A stretch of 64,000 bases of DNA from an uncultured Planctomycetaceae bacterium. Lineage in GTDB: Bacteria > Planctomycetota > Planctomycetia > Planctomycetales > Planctomycetaceae. Shown piece after piece: positions 40,950-53,568 of this stretch (its first letter is position 1; every line of letters begins with the position of its first letter). The position numbers were made by a program, and so were the translations under genes. Location: NCBI GenBank assembly GCA_963813715.1, contig CAWFAK010000005.1, positions 192,001-256,000 on the forward strand. The letters run 5' to 3'. The notes beneath the pieces are model-generated. The model was not told where the DNA came from. It made no database searches and saw nothing but the letters and a program-made list of their open reading frames with translations.

Positions 40950-43754
40950 TCAGCTCGACTTCTTCGCCTTCTTGGTCGCGGCGGCTTTCGGCTTCGCGCT
41001 CGCTTTTGCCGGCTTGACTGGCACGCGGGGCAGATCCCACAACATTCGCGAGACGAGCGCCGTCCAGCCGGTCTGATGACTGGCGCCGCAGCCGCGGCCG
41101 TTGTCGCCGTGGAAATATTCGTAGAAAAGGACGTGCTCGCGCCAGTGCGGATCTTCGAATTGCTTTACCGATCCGTTGCACGGCCGCCGCCCCTTCGAGT
41201 CGGCCAGGAAGATCTGAGCGACGCGGGCCTCGATCTCGCGGGCGCACTCCTTCAGCGTCAGTTTTTGCCCGGAGCCGACCGGGCACTCCACTTTGAAGTC
41301 GTCGCCGTAGAAGTGGTGATAGCGCTCGAGCGCCTCGACCAGCAAAAAGTTGATCGGCATCCAGATCGGGCCGCGCCAGTTGGAGTTGCCGCCGAAGATG
41401 CCCGTCGTCGATTCGCCCGGCTCATAGTCGACGCGGTAGTCCTGCCCGTCCGACCGGAACACGAACGGGTGGTCCTTGTGAATCCGCGAGACCGAGCGGA
41501 TGCCGTAGTCCGAGAGAAATTCTTTCTCGTCGAGCGCGTAGTGCAGCACCCGCTCCAGCCGCTCCTTCGAGGGGATGGCCAAGAGTCGCCGGCCGCGCGG
41601 CGTCGTGTCGTCGGCCTGTCCGTCGCGTGCCTGTCCGTCTCCGCCCTTTCCGTCTGCGGGCTGCCCATCTCCAGCCGGCGGGTCACTGTCGGACTCGCAG
41701 TAGGAGATGTAAGCGGCCAGATCCTTTCGATGGTCGAGGAACCACTGCATCCGTTTCTTGAAACCGGGCAAGTGGTCGATCTGGTCGTCGTCGAGCACCT
41801 CCACCGCAAACAGCGGGATCAGCCCGACGATCGAGCGAATCTTGAGCCGCGTGCTCTGGCCCTGCACGTGCAGCTGGTCGTAATAGAAGCCGTCCTCTTC
41901 GTCCCACAGGCCCGAGCCGCCGAGCGAATTCATCGCGTCGACGATGGCGACGAAGTGCTCGAAGAACTTGGAGGCGATGTCCTCATACTCGGGACTCTCG
42001 GCCGCCAGCTCGAGCGCCATCGCCAGCATGGTCGAGCAATAAAAGGCCATCCAAGCGGTGCCGTCGGCCTGCTCGAGAACTCCGCCGCCGGGCAACGGCT
42101 TCGAGCGATCGAAGACGCCGATGTTGTCGAGGCCGAGGAAGCCGCCGGAGAAGAGATTGTTGCCCTCGATATCCTTGCGATTCACCCACCAGGTGAAATT
42201 GATCAACAGCTTCTGAAACGTGCGGGCCAGAAACATGCGGTCGCGCTGGCCGCGCGGCGCCGTCATTTTGTAAACGCGCCAGCAGGCCCACGCGTGCACG
42301 GGCGGATTGACGTCCGAGAAGGCGAACTCGTAGGCGGGGATCTGCCCGTTGGGATGCATGTACCATTCGCGCAAGAACAGGATCAGCTGGCTCTTGGCGT
42401 ACTCGGGATCGATCCGGGCAAGCGGCAGCATGTGGAACGACAGGTCCCACGCCGCGTACCACGGATACTCCCACTTGTCGGGCATCGAGATCACGTCGCG
42501 GTTGAACAGGTGCTGCCAATCGACGTTGCGGGTGTGCTGATGGCCGGGGGGCGGCGGGGGCTGGTCGGGATCGCCCTCGAGCCAGTTCTTCACCGAATAG
42601 AAATAAAACTGCTTGCTCCACAACAGGCCGGCGGACGATTGCCGCGAAATGCTGCGGGCCTGCGGCGTCAGGTCTTTTGACAGGAGCGCGTCGTAAAACT
42701 CGTCGGTGTCGGCGATCCGCTGGGCGAAGACGCGATCGAACTCGGCCCCGAACGGCGCGGCCGGCGCCTGGTCGGCGGCATAGAGTCGCATCCGCACCGT
42801 GATTTCCTGTCCGGCCGGAATGTTGAGCCGATAGTAAGGGGCCGCCTTCGTGCCGGCGGTCCGCGCGTTGACCGCGTCCTTGTTGCCGTCGATCACGAAG
42901 TCGTTGAAGCCGTCCTTGAACCGGAGCGTGGGATCCTCGGGGAACTTGAAGACCCGCACGAAATTCGTCTCGTTCTCCGTGAACAGAAACTCGGGCTTCG
43001 TCCCGTCGGTGGCCGCGTCGGCGAAAAACCGGAAGCTGCCCAGCGTCGCGTGCGTGGTCTTGAGGCCGCCGTCGGCGTCGAGATCGATGTGCGGCTTGAG
43101 CTCGCAACCCTCGTGTCCGCAGCCCCACGACCACGAGTTGCGAAACCACAGCGTCGGCAACAAATGCAGCTCGGCCGCGTCGGGCCCGCGGTTGGCCGCC
43201 GTGATGCGGATCAAAATGTCGTCGGTGTTGGCCTTGGCGTACTCGACCTGCACGTCGAAGTAGCGGCCCTCGTCGAAGACGTTCGTGTCGGTGATCTCGA
43301 ACTCGGGATCGCTTCGCGAGCGGCGGCGGTTTTCCGCGACGAGCAAATCGTAGGGGTACTCGGCCTGCGGATATTTGTAGAGCGCCTTGAGGTACGAGTG
43401 CGTGGGGGACGAATCGAGATAGAAATAAATCTCCTTCACGTCCTCCGCGTGGTTCCCCTCGTTGCCGTTGAGGCCAAACAGCCGCTCCTTGAGGATCGGG
43501 TCCTTGCCGTTCCACATCGCGAGCGCAAAGCACAGCCGGCATTCGCGATCGCAGATGCCCAAGAGGCCGTCCTCGCCCCAGCGATAGGCGCGGCTGCGGG
43601 CGTGATCGTGCGGGAAATAATCCCAACACTCGCCAGTGGCCGAGTAATCCTCGCGGACCGTCCCCCATTGCCGCTCGGAAAGATACGGACCCCACCGCTG
43701 CCAATTGGCCTTGCGGCTCTGAGACTCTTGCAAGCGCTGCTCTTCAGCCGTCAT
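40950..43754 (-). CDS. MGH1-like glycoside hydrolase (GH63)
   Basis: WGPYLSERQWGTVREDYS, SMPDKWEYPWYAAWD, FLGLDNIG, EYFHGDNGRG.GASHQTGWT. Confidence 0.9.
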   Translation of the reverse strand: MTAEEQRLQESQSRKANWQRWGPYLSERQWGTVREDYSATGECWDYFPHDHARSRAYRWGEDGLLGICDRECRLCFALAMWNGKDPILKERLFGLNGNEGNHAEDVKEIYFYLDSSPTHSYLKALYKYPQAEYPYDLLVAENRRRSRSDPEFEITDTNVFDEGRYFDVQVEYAKANTDDILIRITAANRGPDAAELHLLPTLWFRNSWSWGCGHEGCELKPHIDLDADGGLKTTHATLGSFRFFADAATDGTKPEFLFTENETNFVRVFKFPEDPTLRFKDGFNDFVIDGNKDAVNARTAGTKAAPYYRLNIPAGQEITVRMRLYAADQAPAAPFGAEFDRVFAQRIADTDEFYDALLSKDLTPQARSISRQSSAGLLWSKQFYFYSVKNWLEGDPDQPPPPPGHQHTRNVDWQHLFNRDVISMPDKWEYPWYAAWDLSFHMLPLARIDPEYAKSQLILFLREWYMHPNGQIPAYEFAFSDVNPPVHAWACWRVYKMTAPRGQRDRMFLARTFQKLLINFTWWVNRKDIEGNNLFSGGFLGLDNIGVFDRSKPLPGGGVLEQADGTAWMAFYCSTMLAMALELAAESPEYEDIASKFFEHFVAIVDAMNSLGGSGLWDEEDGFYYDQLHVQGQSTRLKIRSIVGLIPLFAVEVLDDDQIDHLPGFKKRMQWFLDHRKDLAAYISYCESDSDPPAGDGQPADGKGGDGQARDGQADDTTPRGRRLLAIPSKERLERVLHYALDEKEFLSDYGIRSVSRIHKDHPFVFRSDGQDYRVDYEPGESTTGIFGGNSNWRGPIWMPINFLLVEALERYHHFYGDDFKVECPVGSGQKLTLKECAREIEARVAQIFLADSKGRRPCNGSVKQFEDPHWREHVLFYEYFHGDNGRGCGASHQTGWTALVSRMLWDLPRVPVKPAKASAKPKAAATKKAKKSS

Positions 43755-43830
43755 GCGGACCAGTATAAGTTGGGGAGGGCCGGATTAGCAGCACTAATGA
43801 CGAGGCACGGAGGCCGAAGCATCGGACCTC

Positions 43831-43938
43831 CCGGAGATGGTGTGCCTGCGGCCGTAAGACGCCTGGTCACACCCTACGCCGCGTCGCTGCTCGTTTTGTA
43901 GAGTGTGACCAGTCCGCCGCAGGCGGCGCAGGCACACC
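43831..43938. repeat. GTAG-type REPIN, copy 1
   Basis: ggtgtgcctgcg...ctggtcacaccctac ... gtagagtgtgaccag...cgcaggcacacc. Confidence 0.85.
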
Positions 43939-43984
43939 ATCTGGAATTCCACTCGCGGCCCTCAGTTGCAGAGGCACGAATCAG

Positions 43985-44531
43985 TCAATCACCAAAAACG
44001 ACGAGATCCGTCCCGTGGTCTCGGGCGGTTTCCAACCAGACGCGCAAATCGTCGCGCGCGTCGGCCACCCAGTTGTCCATGTCCGGGTCTTCTTTGTCGG
44101 GGCGGGCCAGCCCTTCTTCGATCTCCTCGAGGGTCAGGTAGCTGATCCAGGGCTGCCCGCCGCCATCCGGCCGCGACGGCAGCGGGACCGGGAGACGCGG
44201 CTCCTTGAGCTGTTCGCACACGCCACCCCCCATCCCGGCCTCCAACGCCTCGTAGAGGCCGAGGAGATGCACGTCCTCGAAAAATACGGACTCGATCGGC
44301 ACTCCCCGGAGCATGCAAATTATTTCCAGCAGTGTTCCTTCGGTGTCGGACTTGAGAAACTCGATCAACTGCTCCCTTGTCGACGGGCCCGAAGCCTTAG
44401 CCTTCGGGTCGAATACTTGCCCTGCGTGTCAAGCGTTCGCGGATCTCGTCATGCAAGTTCGCCGGCGGATTGGTCAGCATCGATCGAAGATCGCTGAGCT
44501 TGATGCAGTAGCCACGGAATGATCGGCTCAC
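43985..44531 (-). CDS. Hypothetical acidic protein (frameshift near 44425)
   Basis: GAGGAGG RBS before GTG 44531 (MSRSFRGYCIKLSDL); C-terminus WLETARDHGTDLVVFGD recalls DUF1877/DUF7691-type proteins. Confidence 0.5.
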
Positions 44532-44601
44532 GTGCGCCTCCTCTTGAAGGACTTTTTTTCGAGGTTCTGGCCTTTTCTCGACGGCGACCGGGTCGTCGCT
44601 G

Positions 44602-45433
44602 CTACGGCCGGGCGATCATGAGCATTTCGTCCGCCGAAAGCGGAATCTCGCCGAGCCCGCGCCGCCGAGCCAGGTGCCAAAGAACCGTTCCATCCAGGGA
44701 AATTCCCTCCCGAACCGGACGCCCATATGGCTTTGGCGCAGGTCAATCTCCCGCTTGCGGTAGTATTTCAGGTAGTCCGACAGCGTCTTAACGAATAGGT
44801 CGGGCTCGGCGGCGAACAAGGCGTCTGCCGCGACGGCCAGCAACTTGGGTCGCTGCCGGGAACGCCGCGCCATCAAATCCCGCCGAGCGTCGACTTCGGA
44901 ACCCGATTCGCCGCGGAGCCGCATCGCCAGCCAGATCTGGTAGGCATTGTCCTCGGCGGTGTGGTCATCGAACCCTTCGTCGTCGTTCAAGTCCGGGCCC
45001 GGCCATTCGAGCAGGCGGTCCGCAGAGCTCCAGTCACTTGACGACAACGCGATCATCAACGCATTGCGGTAATAGCAGATCCACGGCAGCTTGGCCCGCG
45101 CCTGCTCGCGATCGATCAGTTTGCCGCCCCAAAGAAATTTTTCCCTCCAGGGACCGAAAAAAAAGTGCACGGTGGCAGTGACGAGCTGCCGACCTGCCTC
45201 GCGCCAATCCCGCAGGACCGGGTGTTCGATCGTGTAACCTAAAACTCCCATTGCGAAAGTACGCGATGCAACAGAGTAGACGTTAAATAGCCAGTGCCAC
45301 ACATCTTCAGGCACCTGGGGCGGACCGTTCCAGCCTTGAAAGATCACGATCGCTCGCTCTTCGCTTTCGTCGAGATCCCGCTTTTCAAATCCCAGCGCCT
45401 CCAGGGCGCAGTTTGAGGGGTCTGTTCAGCCAT
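44602..45433 (-). CDS. Imm49-like putative immunity protein (frameshifts near both ends)
   Basis: Helical protein. Reconstructed C-terminus is GISLDGTVLWHLARRRGLGEIPLSADEMLMIARP* (TAG at 44602); GGAG RBS before ATG 45433. Family assigned by eye only. Confidence 0.5.
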
Positions 45434-45479
45434 CAAAATGTCACTCCCGCTGAAGACTTCCGGTGCCGCGACGGCACCA

Positions 45480-45570
45480 CTACGGTCGGGCGATCATGAG
45501 CATATCGTCCGCCTGGAGCGGAATCTCACCCATTCCGCGCCGCCGATCCGGATGCCAAAGAGCCGTCGCA
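45480..45570 (-). pseudogene. 3' remnant of a paralogue of the Imm49-like gene
   Basis: Encodes ATALWHPDRRRGMGEIPLQADDMLMIARP*; DNA aligns with 44602-44690. Confidence 0.75.
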
Positions 45571-45574
45571 TTTT

Positions 45575-45684
45575 CCGGTGATGGTGTGCCTGCGGCCGCA
45601 AGGCGGCCTGGTCACACCCTACGCCGCGGCGCCGCTCGTTTTGTAGGGTGTGACCAGTCCGCCGCAGGCGGGCGCAGGCACACC
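45575..45684. repeat. GTAG-type REPIN, copy 2 (direct repeat of 43831-43938)
   Basis: ggtgtgcctgcggccgcaaggcggcctggtcacaccctac...gtagggtgtgaccagtccgccgcaggcgggcgcaggcacacc. Confidence 0.85.
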
Positions 45685-45786
45685 GCGACGACCCGCAAGA
45701 CCCACGGCGGCGATCTTTCCTTGGCCCGTTCGCTCGGGCTGTCCTTCTCGTGAGTGCCACCACGAGTTTGCAGTCGCTCGCCTCGT

Positions 45787-46134
45787 TTATCCGCCTGGGT
45801 TCGTGCCCTCTAGGGCATAGGCAAGGAACCACATGACAGCGTTGTATGCGTTGAGGAGAATCCCAAACAATGCGCCGGGGATGATCAGCAGGGCGCTCTG
45901 CCGAGAGCGAATGCCGAAGAGACTGACTGCCGCCGCCAAGCCTGCCGCCACGCTTGCCGAAAAGAGCAGGAGGCTAAAAAACAAAACGCCGCGTGGCCGT
46001 TCGCCCCGCATTCCGACGTGGTTTGCAATCCAGATCCAAAAGACGACGGAAATCACAACTGCGACGAGCGAACTCGCCCATGCCATCAGGACGTACGTGG
46101 TCCGGCCAGCGGGGGTGTTTGAAAGGTCGCTCAT
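45787..46134 (-). CDS. Small membrane protein (115 aa)
   Basis: Three clear TM helices. Confidence 0.6.
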   Translation of the reverse strand: MSDLSNTPAGRTTYVLMAWASSLVAVVISVVFWIWIANHVGMRGERPRGVLFFSLLLFSASVAAGLAAAVSLFGIRSRQSALLIIPGALFGILLNAYNAVMWFLAYALEGTNPGG

Positions 46135-46175
46135 GTGTCATTCTAGCGGCAGCGCGACCGGCGGGACGCAGTAAA

Positions 46176-46879
46176 TTAAGGTGTCTCCAGCATTTCGAGC
46201 AGCTCGGCCAGCGGTAGCCCCACCACGTTGCTCAGGCTGCCTTCGACTTTCGAGATGAAGACGCTGCCTGCACCTTGCAGGGCGTAGCCGCCGGCTTTCC
46301 CGCGCGGTTCGCCGGTGGCGAGGTACCAGTCGAGCCAACGGTCGACATCGGCGACGAAGGTGACTCGCGACGTGACGACGCGGGAGGCACGCTTGCCGCT
46401 GGCGACCTGTTCGAGAATGAGCGCGGTCGCGACGAGATGCGTCTTGCCGGCGAAGTCTTCGCGGAACCAGCGGCGGACGGTGTCCTGCCATGAGTCGTCG
46501 GCAGGCGGCTGGCCCAGCACGTGCAAGTCTTCGCCGCGCTCGACGATGACGACCGTGTCGGCGGCCATGACGATTGGCGGCGTGGCGTCGGCGAGCGATG
46601 TCGAGTGAGCGTCCGCCCCCTCACCCCCAGCCCCTCTCCCGCGAGGGGAGAGGGGGGAAAGAGCACTGCGCACTTGGCCCACCACGTCGTCGCACTTCGT
46701 GGCGGCGATCTCGAGCAAGCGGGCCTCGATTGACGGCCAGTCGTGCAGCCCCGCGAAACCCGCCTCGGCGGTCGACGTCGGCGGCACGACTTCGATCAAA
46801 TCGGCGGGATGAACTTGTCGCAGCAGTTCCAGCCGACGCGGCGAGCGCGAGCCGAGCACCAAGTGCGTGGCGGCGGGGT

Positions 46880-46883
<4 letters not shown>
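46176..46883 (-). CDS. maf: Maf-family nucleotide pyrophosphatase
   Basis: [43 protein letters not shown] overlap with the carB stop. Confidence 0.88.
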
Positions 46884-50162
<3,279 letters not shown>

Positions 50163-50367
50163 GGCGGCTAATTCCTCGCTTTTCGGTCCGCGCGAATGCG
50201 CGCAGGGCTTCCTTTCAGTCTAACCGTATCAGGTGTCCGGCGTTTATCAACTTAACTCGCCGCCGACCGGCTCCCAAAGACGAACGCGGCCGCGAAAGTC
50301 AAGCGACAGTTGAGTTTCCGTTGTTCGGGAGCGAAGTTGCAAAGGGGCCGCTGCCACATCAAGGGAA

Positions 50368-51002
50368 AATGACGAAGCACGAATGACGAAGGAATGACCG
50401 AATGACCTAAGCACGAAATGGAACGCTTGGTGTTCTCCAAGAAGGGCGATCATCCAGGGATCGAATTCGTAATCCAGTGAAGCGACAGACGCCGTTAGAA
50501 TGACGGCATGAGCGAATCCGCAGCGGCATGGGTAATTCTGACGAGCAGATATGGAGGGGACACACGCCAGCCATCGGAGGGCGATCTGGCCCAAGCAATT
50601 GATGAGCTTCTCAATGAGAACATCGCAGGAACGACCGAAGCCGCCTATGCCGAGCACCCGAATGCTTGGTTGAGATATGGCTTTAGTGAAGGGCCGGTGC
50701 TTTTGCTCGAGGCGAATCGAAAACGCACGGTCACATTCTCAAAACTCTCCGACCAAGATGCCCCCGACGCGCTGACCGCGTACACCGTGCGGAACATGGA
50801 GAGAGACGCGATGCTTTCGTTGTGGAAGCGCCTTGCCAAAGGCGAAATCGAGAAGATTGTCGCCGACTACCCCGCTTGTGGCTGGTGAACTCCCGTGCCA
50901 ACTGCCAAAAACCGTGTTTCAACCGCCCCACTTCCGGAACGCTTCATTCGGGTTTCGAGCTTCGTGCTTCTTTCGTCATTCGTGCTTCGTCATTCGAGCT
51001 TT
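50368..51002. mobile_element. Heptamer inverted-repeat element carrying one cargo gene
   Basis: Arms at 50368-50419 and 50946-51002 match those at 11369-11489 but enclose ORF 50508-50888. Mobility is inferred. Confidence 0.55.
50508..50888 (+). CDS. Hypothetical protein, possibly immunity-type (126 aa)
   Basis: EHPNAWL and LWKRLAKGEI motifs; more AT-rich codons than its neighbours. Confidence 0.6.
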   Translation: MSESAAAWVILTSRYGGDTRQPSEGDLAQAIDELLNENIAGTTEAAYAEHPNAWLRYGFSEGPVLLLEANRKRTVTFSKLSDQDAPDALTAYTVRNMERDAMLSLWKRLAKGEIEKIVADYPACGW

Positions 51003-51615
51003 ACGCTCCGCTGGCTGGGCCGAGGCGGGCGATTTGCTGCCAGACGTCGCCGGAGAAGAGGTCGATGGGCCGGGCCAGGCCGGCTTCGACCATTTCGGCT
51101 CCGCTGACGAAGCGGCCGGGCCGCGTCCATTGGGTCAGCGTTTCGAGGGGGCAGTCGAACATTTTGGCGAGCAGTTGGTCCAGCTCGGCCTCCAGTTGTT
51201 TGAAGTGCCGGGCCCATTCCGACGCCTCCTCCAACCGAACATTCTCTTCGCTCTGCCAGCGGATGGGGTGAAAGAGCAGCGTCGACTGCATGGTGACGAA
51301 CCTGCGGGCGCAGGCGGCAAACGGCATCAGCGCGGCCGACGAGCATTCCCCGGCGACGACGGCGTCGGCCTGCAAGCCGCGGAGGCGGATCAGGCTCGCC
51401 AGTGCCAGGCCGACGTACGCGCTGCCGCCGCACGAGTCGAAATAGATCGTCCCCCGGCTCTTGCGGGGAACTTCGAGCAGCCGGCTCACCAGGTCCGACT
51501 GCTTGTCGGTGAGATCGCCATGAATCGCCAGCTCCCAATCGCGCTCGGAGCGGTCCGATCGCGGCCGGGGCACGCCCTCGGCCGCCGGATAGGGTCTCAC
51601 ACGTGGCACGTTCAT
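51001..51615 (-). CDS. ClpP-like serine protease
   Basis: [17 protein letters not shown] (catalytic Ser), LLFHP (His), [12 protein letters not shown]. Confidence 0.8.
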   Translation of the reverse strand: MNVPRVRPYPAAEGVPRPRSDRSERDWELAIHGDLTDKQSDLVSRLLEVPRKSRGTIYFDSCGGSAYVGLALASLIRLRGLQADAVVAGECSSAALMPFAACARRFVTMQSTLLFHPIRWQSEENVRLEEASEWARHFKQLEAELDQLLAKMFDCPLETLTQWTRPGRFVSGAEMVEAGLARPIDLFSGDVWQQIARLGPASGA

Positions 51616-51621
51616 CGGTTG

Positions 51622-51712
51622 AGTCCAAAGTCCAAGGTCCAAGGTTGAAGAGGCGAGACGCAGCCGCGCGCCCGTTGTTCGACTTTGGACCTTGGACGTT
51701 GGACTTTGGACT
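51622..51712. repeat. Heptamer (gtccaag) inverted arms, copy 2
   Basis: agtccaaagtccaaggtccaagg ... gactttggaccttggacgttggactttggact. Confidence 0.8.
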
Positions 51713-51817
51713 AATACAGACGTTTTGACTCGACTGCAAGCAGGGCGGCTTGCACAATGAATCGGCCGTGAACGGCACACTCAATTCGCGAGACATTCTC
51801 GACGAGGAGACCTTGAA

Positions 51818-52777
51818 GTGCGTGTTTTGCCCGTGGTCCTGCTGGCGTTGGCAGTTTCATTCCTCTCAACGCCTGCCGGCGAGCGCCTGCGTGCCGCCGA
51901 CAAAGACGTCAGCCTGAGCCTCAAGGCCGACACGTTGGAAGTGGCCGTCGGCGGCGAGCCGTTCACGACCTACCACTTCGGCAAGGAGCAGAAGAAGCCC
52001 TACTTCTGGCCGATCCGCGATGGCGCAGGGCAGATCATCACGCGGGCGCTCGTCAAACCGACCGATCGTCCGAAGCCCGATCATCCGCACCACCGGGGCT
52101 TGTGGTTCTCGGTCGACGAGGTCGACAGGAGCGATGCACCGCCGCCGCACATCAAGTTCTGGGCGGAAGGCGGCCGGATTATCAATGTGTCGGTCGATCC
52201 GCTCGTGCCCAAGGGGAACCCCGCGCGGTTCAAAGTCGTCAACCACTGGCTCGACCGTCAACGACAGCCGCTGTTAATCGAAACGACGACGATCAGCATC
52301 TACGACAATCGCCTGATCGCTTATGACGCCACGCTGGCGGCCGCCAAGGACCCGGTGACGTTTGGCGACACCAAAGAGGGGCTGTTCGGCTTCCGCATGG
52401 TGAACTCGATGCGCGGCTCTGCCGGCAAGATCGTGAGCGCCGACGGCCACCACGGCGAGACCGAGTGCTGGGGCAAGCCCTTCGAGTGGATCGACTACGA
52501 TGGGCCGGTCGACGGCAAGCTGGTCGGCGTGGCCATCTTCGACAACCCGCACAACTTTCGGCCGTCGCGGTATCACGTCCGCAGTTATGGGCTGTTTTCG
52601 ATCAGCCCCTTCGGCGAGCACGAGTACACGAACAAACAGAATCCGGCCAAGCCCGTGAACCTGGCCCCCGGCGCGAACCTGCGGCTGCGGTACGCCATCT
52701 ATATTCACGACGGCGACACCAAGGCGGCCGACGTGGCCGGCGTCTATCACAAGTACGTCGCCGAATCGGGGGGTTGA
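51818..52777 (+). CDS. Exported DUF6807 ('PmoA-like') protein
   Basis: KPYFWP, DHPHHRGLWF, FGDTKEG, WIDYDG, LRLRYAIYIHDG. Confidence 0.75.
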   Translation: MRVLPVVLLALAVSFLSTPAGERLRAADKDVSLSLKADTLEVAVGGEPFTTYHFGKEQKKPYFWPIRDGAGQIITRALVKPTDRPKPDHPHHRGLWFSVDEVDRSDAPPPHIKFWAEGGRIINVSVDPLVPKGNPARFKVVNHWLDRQRQPLLIETTTISIYDNRLIAYDATLAAAKDPVTFGDTKEGLFGFRMVNSMRGSAGKIVSADGHHGETECWGKPFEWIDYDGPVDGKLVGVAIFDNPHNFRPSRYHVRSYGLFSISPFGEHEYTNKQNPAKPVNLAPGANLRLRYAIYIHDGDTKAADVAGVYHKYVAESGG

Positions 52778-52799
52778 TTCACCAGCAGGAGCCTGACCC

Positions 52800-53270
52800 A
52801 TGAATCGCGAGCTGATCGAGCGCTATGCGGCCGGAGCCGACGTCCTGGGCAAGGCCATTCAAGGCCTCGACCGCGCGGAGCTCTTGGCCTTTCCCGTGCC
52901 GGGAACCTGGAGCATCCAGCAGATCGTCCTGCACATGATGGACAGCGACCTGATCGCCTCCGACCGCATGAAACGCGTGGCCGCCGAAGACCACCCCACG
53001 CTCATCGGCTACAACGAAACGGCCTTCGCCAAAACCCTGGCCTACGACCACATCCCGGCGCAAGACGCGTGCGAAGTCTTTCGGCTCAATCGGCGAATCA
53101 CGGCCGAACTCCTGCGACGCCTGCCCGACGCCGCGTTTTCGCGCACGGGCCACCACAACGAACGCGGCGAGGTCTCGCTCGAACACTTCGTGGTCGACTA
53201 CACGGGGCACCTCGACCACCACATGAAGTTTTTGCGCGAAAAGCGCAAACTCCTCGGCAAGCCGCTGTGA
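52800..53270 (+). CDS. DinB-family protein
   Basis: PGTWSIQQIVLHMMDSD...RMKR...GHLDHH. Confidence 0.85.
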   Translation: MNRELIERYAAGADVLGKAIQGLDRAELLAFPVPGTWSIQQIVLHMMDSDLIASDRMKRVAAEDHPTLIGYNETAFAKTLAYDHIPAQDACEVFRLNRRITAELLRRLPDAAFSRTGHHNERGEVSLEHFVVDYTGHLDHHMKFLREKRKLLGKPL

Positions 53271-53317
53271 GCGGAGACCGACACCGCGCCTCTTTTGTCG
53301 ATCTCGATTGTCGTGGC

Positions 53318-53524
53318 CGAGCCCCGTGAGGGGCGACACTCCTCTAGCCACGGGTGCGAACCCGTGGATCTCGCGATCTCCGTGAATGACCCAAGCCCCC
53401 GAATGGGGGTGACACTCTTCCACGAACGGAGTGTCGCCCCCGTCCGGGGGCTGAAACGTGAGGGAGTATCCGCATTCCACCCGCTCGCGCGGGTGGCAAG
53501 CGGAGTGCCACCCCTTCGGGGTTA
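53318..53524. repeat. Multi-hairpin MITE/REP-like element
   Basis: agccccgtgaggggcgaca, ccacgggtgcgaacccgtgg, tgtcgccccc..gggggct and ccacccg..cgggtgg hairpins between convergent genes. Confidence 0.65.
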
Positions 53525-53568
53525 AGAGTCGGAAAACGAACAACCAGTTTCGCAGACCACGAGCGATG

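Noticed and set aside
51818..52777. Methane monooxygenase
   Set aside because: This is a soluble exported beta-rich protein. The 'PmoA' family label does not imply pMMO, and no pmoB/pmoC are present.
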